Shown here in pieces: positions 1 through 7,785 of a stretch of 11,921 bases of DNA. The DNA lies in contig JBDHKN010000114.1 in NCBI GenBank assembly GCA_039586365.1, forward strand, positions 1 through 11,921. The letters are read 5' to 3'. Source of the stretch: Gemmatimonadota bacterium. Lineage in GTDB: Bacteria > Gemmatimonadota > Gemmatimonadetes > Gemmatimonadales > GWC2-71-9. The notes under the pieces were generated by a model. That model was not told the origin of the DNA, ran no database searches, and was given only the letters and a program-made list of their open reading frames with translations. Position 1 is the stretch's first letter. Each line of letters opens with the position of its first letter. The translations under genes were made by a program, and so were the position numbers.

Positions 1-1107
1 CAACGGAGACCCGTTGCGCGTGATGAGCTGGAGGGGAAGGACGAAGGCGGACGAGTCCCTCACCGGCACGACTTCAAGGCCTCCGGCATCACTGTCAGCA
101 GCAAGAACCAGGAGTGTACTGGGATGGTCACTGATGTAGTCCAGTGCTACTCCAATAGCTGTGTCTGCCCTAGCGAGCGCCGTCAAAGTCCCCACCGCAT
201 TGTTGTGATTGGCGAAGTTGTCGGAGCCCTCCTCTTCAACCACCAACAGAAAGCGCTCACCCTTGGCCTCCAACAACCGGAGTGTTACTGCGAGCATTTC
301 CGCTATCGACGGTGCGTCACGTCGGTACAGCGGCGCCTCGCCCAGCACGCGGAGCTCCTCCTCAGAGCGGTCGTTGAACGTGTGGGACGGTGCGAACAGC
401 CCCAGTACTTTCTCGGTCGAGCTTGGGAGATCCTGCAGCTCTTGCCTGGTGTACACAACTGCGTAACCCAATTTCTCAGCCCGTTCAACCAGGTTCTGGC
501 CGTCGCGCCGGATTCCCCACACGCCGTGGCGCCCCACTACGTCAGTCGGGAGGAGCAGAGCCTCCCCTCCACCCAGGATGATGTCCGTACCGCTTTCAAC
601 GATCTGCCGAGTGATCGTTTCGATAGCAGTTCGTGACTCGGTACTGGCTACGAAGACCCCGGTACCAGGTTCGGCCAGGTGGCCGCTGTTGATGATGGCC
701 GTTACCAGACCGGCTTCCCGGGCCTCCTTCATGATGCTATACGGTTTGCCAGACAGCGATGTGAGTGGCTCGGTCCCGTACATGCCGTAGGAGTCGAACG
801 GTACCTTGACACCGAAAGCATGAACTGTGGCTCCGCCATGCGAACTGCTGCCGAGCGAGTTCGTCAGATGACCCCGATACACCCCGAGGTGCTCCAGACG
901 GTCCCAGTTCAACTGCCCGTCGGGTCCAACCGCTAGTAGCCGCATGGCCGTCCACGCAGCCACCGAACTCCCATCGGGATGTAGGAAAATGGCACTGCCA
1001 ACTTGCGGATCCATTCCCTTGGCTTGCTGCTGGGCTGACTGCGCCAGGCCTGGATCGGCAGTGACTAACACTGTGACAACGGTGATCAACACGCTGCTAC
1101 GTGACAT
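1..1107 (-). CDS. Alkaline phosphatase (PhoA-fold) family protein, secreted, atypical active site; 3' end runs off the window
   Basis: My translation from ATG at 1107 (upstream AAAAGGAAAGAGCAA) is open to base 1 (369 codons). It begins with a signal-peptide-like MSRSSVLITVVTVLVTADPGLAQ. AP motifs appear in the expected order: IFLHPDG (973-975 = Asp), SSSHGGAT (Ser at 841-843), ESR, DIILGGG, KVLGLFA, PSIAEML, FLLVVEEEGSDNFAN, TLLVLAADSDAGG. Absent from the ORF track because it has no stop in the window. Confidence 0.9.
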   Translation of the reverse strand, partial: MSRSSVLITVVTVLVTADPGLAQSAQQQAKGMDPQVGSAIFLHPDGSSVAAWTAMRLLAVGPDGQLNWDRLEHLGVYRGHLTNSLGSSSHGGATVHAFGVKVPFDSYGMYGTEPLTSLSGKPYSIMKEAREAGLVTAIINSGHLAEPGTGVFVASTESRTAIETITRQIVESGTDIILGGGEALLLPTDVVGRHGVWGIRRDGQNLVERAEKLGYAVVYTRQELQDLPSSTEKVLGLFAPSHTFNDRSEEELRVLGEAPLYRRDAPSIAEMLAVTLRLLEAKGERFLLVVEEEGSDNFANHNNAVGTLTALARADTAIGVALDYISDHPSTLLVLAADSDAGGLEVVPVRDSSAFVLPLQLITRNGSPL

Positions 1108-1435
1108 TTGCTCTTTCCTTTTGGGGTACGCACAGACTGCCAGGGGTTGTGCAGATTGACGCTCGGCAAGGCCGCTAAGCTTACAAAGCATAACCTGGGT
1201 CCCACCGTCTGCTCTACCCCGGCTGCTCGTATTTGGTGCCTCCGCAACTCAGCGCTTCCCACTCCTTGGGGGGGATGAATCGGGTACCCCAGTCTAGTCG
1301 CTTGCAAGACCCTGAATCCGTGGTGATCATAAGATGAGTCGCCGTGGGCTGCATGATCTCTCCCCGATTACGGTACAGCTTGCGGCGTGCCCCGATCGTC
1401 TCGACTGTCAGACTCAGACTGGAAGGAGCTACATA

Positions 1436-2017
1436 ATGGTGGCGACGCCCTCCACAATGCTGCCGCTCGGCACCAAGGCACCTCCGTTCTCGCTCCCCGA
1501 CACCGAAGGTAGAACGGTTTCGCTTGTAGACTTCGATGGCGTACGAGGTCTTCTCGTCATGTTCATCAGCAACCATTGCCCCTTTGTAAAGCACATCAGA
1601 AGTCAATTAGCCCAGTTTGGACTGGAGTACCAGCCGAAAGGTCTCGGCATCGTCGCGATAAACTCGAACGATGTGGTGAATCATCCGGACGATAGCCCGG
1701 CAAAGATGAGAGAAGAAATCGCGGCCGTGGGTTACACGTTCCCCTATCTGTTCGACGAGAGCCAAACAGTGGCCAAGGCCTATCGTGCCGCTTGCACGCC
1801 CGACTTCTTCTTGTTCGATCACGACTTCCGCCTGGTATATCGCGGTCAGTTCGACGACAGCCGGCCGGGTAACGATATACCCGTGACCGGCTCGGATCTG
1901 CGGGCAGCTGCGGCTGCAGTATTGGAGGGTCTCCAGATAACCGATGACCAGAAACCTAGCATCGGATGCAACATCAAATGGAAGGCCGGGAACGAGCCAG
2001 ACTATTTCGGAGGATAG
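1436..2017 (+). CDS. Thioredoxin-fold / AhpC-TSA (peroxiredoxin-like) redoxin family protein
   Basis: Motifs LGTKAPPFSLPD, VMFISNHCPFV, YTFPYLFDESQ, AACTPDFF, YRGQFDDSRP and SIGCNIKWK are typical of this family. Start moved from 1334 to ATG 1436, which follows GGAAGGAG (1421-1428). Confidence 0.92.
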   Translation: MVATPSTMLPLGTKAPPFSLPDTEGRTVSLVDFDGVRGLLVMFISNHCPFVKHIRSQLAQFGLEYQPKGLGIVAINSNDVVNHPDDSPAKMREEIAAVGYTFPYLFDESQTVAKAYRAACTPDFFLFDHDFRLVYRGQFDDSRPGNDIPVTGSDLRAAAAAVLEGLQITDDQKPSIGCNIKWKAGNEPDYFGG

Positions 2018-2089
2018 AGGCTGGGAGCTGGGAGCCCGCGATAATAGCGCTGAGGACGCCTAACAAGGCCAAAAGTAAGGGCACGGACA

Positions 2090-4126
2090 ATGAGAAAGAT
2101 CATCTATTCCCTCACTCTGACCACACTCTGCTATTCCACCGCGAGTATCGCACAGGAGCGCCTGACGCCAGAGCTGTTGTGGCAGCTGAAGAGAGTCGCC
2201 GCTCCAGCGGTGTCCCCGAACGGTACTCGGTTCGTGTACGGTGTGCGCTACTACGACATCAGGGAGAACAGGGGCAATACCGACCTGTTTCTGCTCGCGG
2301 TAGACGGCGGCGAGCCTATTCAGCTCACCAACACTCCGGGGAGCGAGTTCAACGCTGTGTGGCGGCCGGATGGCCGGAGGATCGGCTTTCTCTCCGCACA
2401 GAGCGGCTCGGTACAGCTGTGGGAAACGGACGCTGAGGGCGTGAACGCTCGCCAAGTCACCAATATAGCAGGCGGCATAGGCAACTTCTCGTACGCCCCG
2501 ACTGGGAGGCACGTGGCGTTTACACGAGACGTGAAGCTCGACCAGACTCCCAACGAAGTTCATGCCGACTTGCCACTGGCAAACGCCCGAATTATCGACG
2601 AGCTCATGTATCGTCATTGGGACCAGTGGCACGACTACACCTACAGCCATCTGTTCGTAGCGGAGTATGATGACGGCCAAGTCGGGACGGCCGTCGACAT
2701 AATGCAGGGTGAGCGGTTTGACACGCCGCTCAAACCTTTTGGCGGCGTCGAGCAGGTGGGTTGGAGCCCGGACGGCAGCAAGATCGCCTATACCAGCAAG
2801 AAGATGGGGGGAACTGCGTACGCCGTCAGCACCAACTCTGACGTGTACGTCTACGATCTAGAGACTGGCCAGACCAGCAATCTGACCGATGGTATGATGG
2901 GCTACGACACCGAACCCAGGTTCTCTCCCAACGGACGCTTCATCGCTTGGTTGAGCATGGAACGCGATGGCTATGAGGCTGATCGCAACCGTCTGTTCAT
3001 AACCGATCTCAGTAGCGATGAGACCAGGGAATTGACCGGCGCTTTCGATCAGGACGTACAAGGACCCGCTTGGAGCGGTGACAGCAGGACGGTCTATTTC
3101 ACCAGCGACGTACGGGGTACGGTCCAGCTGTATGCAGCTGAACTAAGCAGCGGAGAGATCGGGAAGATCACTGACGGCACCCACAACTACGGTGCTTTCG
3201 AGATCGCAACGAGCGGACCCAGCGAAGTCCTGATCGCATCCCGGTCATCAATGTCGGCGCCGGCTGACATCTACCGGGTCGAGCCTACAAGCGGAACCGC
3301 AATCCAGTTGACCTTCGCCAACAAGCTCATGCTGGATGGTATCGCGATGGGCCGCGTCGAAGAACGCATAGTACCGACCACGGACAACAAGGAGATGCCA
3401 GCCTGGGTGATCTATCCTCCGGACTTCGATCCAAACAGGCGGTATCCCGCGTTGCTCTTTTGCAAGGGCGGTCCTCAGGGCGCCATGAGCCAATCATTCT
3501 CGTATCGCTGGAACTTCCAACTAATGGCCGCCAACGATTACATCGTGATCGCCCCCAGTCGACGCGGCTCGTCCAGTCTCGGACAGGAATGGGAAGAACA
3601 GATATCCGGTGACTGGGGCGGACAAGCAATGCAAGATCTCCTAAGCGCCATTGACGATCTAGCCAGAGAGCCTTACGTCGATAAGGGGCGGTTGGGAGCC
3701 GTGGGCGCGAGCTTTGGAGGGTATAGTGTGTACTGGCTTGCTGGCAACCATGGCGGTCGCTTCAAAGCATTCATCGCTCACGACGGCGTCTTCAATCTAG
3801 AGAGCATGTACGGTTCGACGGAGGAGATGTTCTTCGTGAACTTCGATCTGGGCGGACCATATTGGGAGAATGCGGACAGTTACAGGCGCTTTTCACCTCA
3901 CCTGTTCGTGGGCAGTTGGGACACTCCCATGCTCGTCATACATGGCGGGCAGGATTTTCGTATTCCCGCAGCGGAGGCAATGCAGGCGTTCACGGCCCTC
4001 CAGCTCAGGGGGATTCCGAGCCGCTTTCTCTATTTCCCGGAAGAAAACCACTGGGTCTTGAGCGCGCAGAATGGCATTCTGTGGCAGCGGGTGTTCTTAG
4101 ACTGGCTAGATCACTATCTGAAGTAG
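2090..4126 (+). CDS. Secreted S9 family peptidase (S9C, dipeptidyl-peptidase 5-like)
   Basis: Signal peptide MRKIIYSLTLTTLCYSTASIA-Q, a beta-propeller with repeated (W/F)SPDG-like motifs, and an alpha/beta hydrolase domain with GASFGG (Ser 3710-3712), GQDFRIP and EENHWV. Also GGPQ, SYRWNFQL and ISGDWGG, as in DPP5-like enzymes. Confidence 0.93.
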   Translation: MRKIIYSLTLTTLCYSTASIAQERLTPELLWQLKRVAAPAVSPNGTRFVYGVRYYDIRENRGNTDLFLLAVDGGEPIQLTNTPGSEFNAVWRPDGRRIGFLSAQSGSVQLWETDAEGVNARQVTNIAGGIGNFSYAPTGRHVAFTRDVKLDQTPNEVHADLPLANARIIDELMYRHWDQWHDYTYSHLFVAEYDDGQVGTAVDIMQGERFDTPLKPFGGVEQVGWSPDGSKIAYTSKKMGGTAYAVSTNSDVYVYDLETGQTSNLTDGMMGYDTEPRFSPNGRFIAWLSMERDGYEADRNRLFITDLSSDETRELTGAFDQDVQGPAWSGDSRTVYFTSDVRGTVQLYAAELSSGEIGKITDGTHNYGAFEIATSGPSEVLIASRSSMSAPADIYRVEPTSGTAIQLTFANKLMLDGIAMGRVEERIVPTTDNKEMPAWVIYPPDFDPNRRYPALLFCKGGPQGAMSQSFSYRWNFQLMAANDYIVIAPSRRGSSSLGQEWEEQISGDWGGQAMQDLLSAIDDLAREPYVDKGRLGAVGASFGGYSVYWLAGNHGGRFKAFIAHDGVFNLESMYGSTEEMFFVNFDLGGPYWENADSYRRFSPHLFVGSWDTPMLVIHGGQDFRIPAAEAMQAFTALQLRGIPSRFLYFPEENHWVLSAQNGILWQRVFLDWLDHYLK

Positions 4127-4226
4127 GGTGGACGGGCGGAGAGGCGACAGGAAGAAGGAGTCCGAGTTCTAGTCGCTGGCAGCAGACCTGCTCGAGACCA
4201 GACTGTCAATGCATACAGGAGGGACG

Positions 4227-6317
4227 ATGGAGATCAGAATCCGCCAACTGCTTCTTGCTGCCTGCGGTGCCGTATGGATTGTCACCCATGCCCAAGCTCA
4301 ACAGGCAGCATACGGCACGGCCGCTGGGTCTGACTCTTTGGGCGGCGTCCTGACGCCGGACCAAACCCTACAGCGGTGGCAGCTCGGTGATCTCCAGATA
4401 TCCCCCGATGCAAGGAGAATTGCCCTTGTTGTCACAGCGCCCGTACAAGGCACCAAGCGCTCACGACATGTGTGGGTGCACGATGTCGTGACGCGGCAGG
4501 TTCGGCAGTTCACGGCGTCTGACGAGGAAGAATTTGCTCCCCGCTGGTCGCCCAACGGGAATGCACTGGCGTTTCTGTCGAATCGTTCCGAGACAACTCA
4601 GATCTACTTGCTTTGGCTGGAAGGTGGTGAAGGTCAGGCCCTGACCGAAAGCAAGAGTGATATCCAGTCGTACGCTTGGTCACCCAACGGGAAGCAGCTT
4701 GCCTACTTGGCCGCAGAGCCGCAGGCAGATGAAGTTAGGCAGCGACAAGAAGACAAGGACGATGCTCGCGTAGTTGACCACGATGATCGCCATCCCCAGT
4801 TGTGGCTCATCGACATCGAGTCGAAGCAGGTGCGACAGCTCACCGCTAGTCCTTGGCGGATTTCCGAATTCGCCTGGGTACCGCCCGGAGACAGGCTCCT
4901 CGTTTCGGCTAGCGATCAGCCGCAACCAGAGTTGCTAACAGACCGACTCTACATGCTGGACTTGAAGACCGCCGTATTGCAGCTGTTTGCGGAACCCACC
5001 CGACCATACGGCAATCTAAAGATATCACCGGACGGCGGTTCCGTCGCGTACTCCGGCACACGTTCTGATGGCCCGACTCCACATGATCTCTATGTTCTGC
5101 CGCTTTCCAGTGGCAGCCCCCGCAACCTCACATCCCCCTCAATCGACCGGTCTATCGACGACTTTCAGTGGAGAGACGACGGTAATCTGACGGTGTTGGT
5201 CGCGGCGGGCTTCACGAGTCGCTTCCACACGTTGACCAAGGACGGGCAGGCAAAAGCGCACGCGGCCACTGAAGTAAATCCATCAGGGGCTTTTGCTGCC
5301 GGGTCAGGAATGCTCGCGTTCGTGGGAGAGACTACGAGCCGAGCGCCGGAACTCTGGGTCTCAACCGCAAACAGTCAAGCCAGGCAGGTCACGAAGTTCA
5401 ACGCAGCTTGGGATAGCATCAGCGCAGTTCCACTCGAGACCATCCGTTACACCTCTTTTGATGGCAAACAAATTGAAGCCGGCTTGCTCCTGCCCGCCGA
5501 CTACGAGAAGGAGAAGCGGATTCCAATGGTGGCACTCGTGCATGGTGGACCTGCAGAGCGCTGGGCCGACGCCTTCGACTCATGGGGGCAGCTCCTTGCT
5601 GCGAGGGGTTACGCCGTTCTCTACCCCAACATCAGAGGCTCCACAGGCTACGGGCACGAATTCCTGGCTCTCAACAAGGCCGATTGGGGCGGTGGCGATT
5701 TCAAAGACCTCATGGCGGGCGTGGATTACGTGATCGAGGAAGGGATCGCCGACCCCGACCTTCTGGGCATCGGTGGCTGGTCGTATGGTGGATACATGGC
5801 AGCCTGGGCCGTTACTCAGACTGACCGATTCAAGGCCGCTGTATCTGGTGCGCCGATGACCGACCTGGCCAGCGAGTACGGCACCGAAGAAGCTGCCATC
5901 AATCCGTACGATACGTGGTTCCTGGGCACACCCTACGAAAACCTGCAACTCTTCATCGAGAGATCTCCGGTCACCTACGTCGGGAGGGTCACAACTCCCA
6001 CGATCATCCTGTGCGGCGAGAACGATGTCACTGACCCGATCGGTCAATGCCAGCAGTTCTACCGGGGGCTCAAACGCCATGACGTGGAGACCGAACTCGT
6101 CATTTACCCCCGCGAAGGGCATAGGATTCGTGAGGAAAAACACCAAATCGACTTGTTGCAGAGAATGCTCGATTGGTTCGAAACCCATCTCAAACAGGAT
6201 GACCCGCTGGGCCAGAAGCCGGCAGGCACCTTAGATCGGCACCCGCCGGCTAGCATTAACGATCTGGCAGGGGCGCATGTCAACGCCCCGGTCACTGCAG
6301 GCTTCCGATTCCCTTAG
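4227..6317 (+). CDS. Secreted S9 family peptidase (acylaminoacyl/dipeptidyl aminopeptidase-like)
   Basis: ATG 4227 follows AGGAGGG. Signal peptide ends AQA-Q. WSPNG propeller repeats, VHGGP, PNIRGSTGYG, GWSYGG (Ser 5781-5783), GENDVTDP and YPREGH are present. The last 40 aa may not be genuine (see findings). Confidence 0.92.
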   Translation: MEIRIRQLLLAACGAVWIVTHAQAQQAAYGTAAGSDSLGGVLTPDQTLQRWQLGDLQISPDARRIALVVTAPVQGTKRSRHVWVHDVVTRQVRQFTASDEEEFAPRWSPNGNALAFLSNRSETTQIYLLWLEGGEGQALTESKSDIQSYAWSPNGKQLAYLAAEPQADEVRQRQEDKDDARVVDHDDRHPQLWLIDIESKQVRQLTASPWRISEFAWVPPGDRLLVSASDQPQPELLTDRLYMLDLKTAVLQLFAEPTRPYGNLKISPDGGSVAYSGTRSDGPTPHDLYVLPLSSGSPRNLTSPSIDRSIDDFQWRDDGNLTVLVAAGFTSRFHTLTKDGQAKAHAATEVNPSGAFAAGSGMLAFVGETTSRAPELWVSTANSQARQVTKFNAAWDSISAVPLETIRYTSFDGKQIEAGLLLPADYEKEKRIPMVALVHGGPAERWADAFDSWGQLLAARGYAVLYPNIRGSTGYGHEFLALNKADWGGGDFKDLMAGVDYVIEEGIADPDLLGIGGWSYGGYMAAWAVTQTDRFKAAVSGAPMTDLASEYGTEEAAINPYDTWFLGTPYENLQLFIERSPVTYVGRVTTPTIILCGENDVTDPIGQCQQFYRGLKRHDVETELVIYPREGHRIREEKHQIDLLQRMLDWFETHLKQDDPLGQKPAGTLDRHPPASINDLAGAHVNAPVTAGFRFP
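6217..6294. terminator. Pair of GC-rich hairpins between convergent genes (possible terminator or 3' stabilising structures)
   Basis: AGCCGGCAGG (6217-6226) pairs with CCCGCCGGCT (6242-6251). GGGGCG (6270-6275) pairs with CGCCCC (6284-6289), extendable to 6265-6294. No U-tract on either strand. Confidence 0.35.
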
Positions 6318-6320
6318 CAG

Positions 6321-7589
6321 CTACGCAAACGGCTGATCTATGGACGGGCTCTGCTGGGTGAACAGCCGAGCACCGTCCTCCGTGATGTACATGCAGTCCT
6401 CCAACCGGACACCGAACTCACCGTATATGTAGATGCCCGGCTCATTGGAGAAACACATCCCCGGTTCGAGCGGAGTCTTGTTGCCTCGCACCAAGTAGGT
6501 CCACTCGTGGCCGTCGAGCCCGATGCCGTGGCCCACTCGATGGAAGAAATAGTCGTAGTCGGGTCCGAATCCAGCATCCACAATCACCTGTCTGGCAGCA
6601 GCATCGACAGCTTCACACGGAACGCCCGGTTGCGCAGCCGCCAAGGCAGCGTCCTGCGCCCTGCGCTCGATATCCCATACATCGCGCTGTCGCTGCGTCG
6701 GCTCGCCGAATACAATCGTGCGACTGATGTCAGACCGATAGCCGTCTATCCCACAGCCCCCATCCACGAGCACGATGTCCCCCTGCTTGAGACCTTGTGG
6801 CTTGCTGCTGCCGTGGGGGAAGGCAGAAGCTGATCCGAACTGCGCTCCAGCACCACCAGAGACGCCTAGTTTGGTGAACGCCGCCGAACAATTACTGCCG
6901 AACTCCTCTCGCGGCATTCCCTCGTAGAGAGTGGCGAACGTCGCTTTGTAGGCCTCGACGGTGATGTCGTTGGCACGCTGCATCAAGGCCAGCTCGGTGG
7001 GCGACTTGATCACGCGGCATCCTACGGTTACCGGATCAGCTATCACGAAGCGACTGCGCGGTGTCTCTTTGCGGATGCCGTCGTACAAGAAGAACCGTGC
7101 CCTTTCCTCCATGCCGATGTTGCCGGTACGAATTCCCCGGTCCCCAAGGACCTGCACTACCCTCTGGTACGGACTCTCGTGCTCATGCCAGGTTCGGATG
7201 TCGTCGCCAAACCGTATCAGTTCACGCGCTCTCTCCTCCTCGAAGGCTGGACAGATCCAAGCGATGTCGCCACGTGCCGGGATCACCGCGGCGAGCATCC
7301 GTTCGCTCTGCCCCCAGCGAACTCCAGTGAAGTAGAACATGCTGGTTCCGGAATCGAGATATATGGCGTCGATGCCATTGTCGACCATGAGGCGGCGTGC
7401 CTTCTCGATGCGGCCCAGCCTTTCGTCGTCAGAAATAGGTGTGAACTCGCCTGGGAACGGCTCGAGCCGACGAATCGCCTCCGGTACATCGGATGATGAT
7501 TCGGACGTACACGCCGGTGTAGTACCGAGCGCAACGGCGCCGGCTGTACCAGCAGCCACTTTGAAGAAGTCACGTCGACTGGTGGACAT
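6321..7589 (-). CDS. M24B Xaa-Pro peptidase (prolidase / aminopeptidase P family) with Tat signal
   Basis: Twin-arginine motif SRRDFFK and a creatinase-like N-domain. The pita-bread domain has all five metal-ligand motifs: VDGG, SDISRT, HRVGHGIG, NEPGIY, GVRLED. RBS AGGAG at 7598-7602 (minus). Confidence 0.94.
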   Translation of the reverse strand: MSTSRRDFFKVAAGTAGAVALGTTPACTSESSSDVPEAIRRLEPFPGEFTPISDDERLGRIEKARRLMVDNGIDAIYLDSGTSMFYFTGVRWGQSERMLAAVIPARGDIAWICPAFEEERARELIRFGDDIRTWHEHESPYQRVVQVLGDRGIRTGNIGMEERARFFLYDGIRKETPRSRFVIADPVTVGCRVIKSPTELALMQRANDITVEAYKATFATLYEGMPREEFGSNCSAAFTKLGVSGGAGAQFGSASAFPHGSSKPQGLKQGDIVLVDGGCGIDGYRSDISRTIVFGEPTQRQRDVWDIERRAQDAALAAAQPGVPCEAVDAAARQVIVDAGFGPDYDYFFHRVGHGIGLDGHEWTYLVRGNKTPLEPGMCFSNEPGIYIYGEFGVRLEDCMYITEDGARLFTQQSPSIDQPFA

Positions 7590-7785
7590 GGAGAGGGCTC
7601 CTATTGTTAGGGGGGATCCACAACAAGCATTCTCTGACTACGACATAAGCTCCGCCTCACCCCTGCGTGTGTCCAGTGCTCTGCAATCTGGGGCCCAGAG
7701 CACCTGCAACCCCGAATCGCAGTCCTGCCGTTCGATGACTTGGCGCCGGGGACTTGGCTGTGCAAACCGCCGCGGGGGAGGATAC

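Noticed and set aside
124..1159. Plus-strand ORFs such as 124-636 (170 aa), 578-790, 679-936 and 944-1159
   Set aside because: Antisense shadows of the minus-strand phosphatase gene, with no motifs of their own.
1108..1215. Pho box or sigma70 promoter upstream of the phosphatase
   Set aside because: No convincing 11-bp-periodic CTGTCAT-like repeats. The plus-strand TTGACG...TAAGCT pair has only a 14-nt spacer.
1214..1330. Short minus-strand ORF MITTDSG...KYEQPG in the divergent intergenic region, with a G7 run near 1267-1273
   Set aside because: No RBS or recognisable family. It could be a gene remnant, but I cannot support that without a tBLASTx search.
1334..1435. N-terminal extension of the redoxin given by the ORF track
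   Set aside because: A strong RBS precedes ATG 1436, and family-like sequence starts there.
2020..2036. GCTGGGA tandem repeat after the redoxin stop
   Set aside because: Only two copies; too short to call a repeat element.
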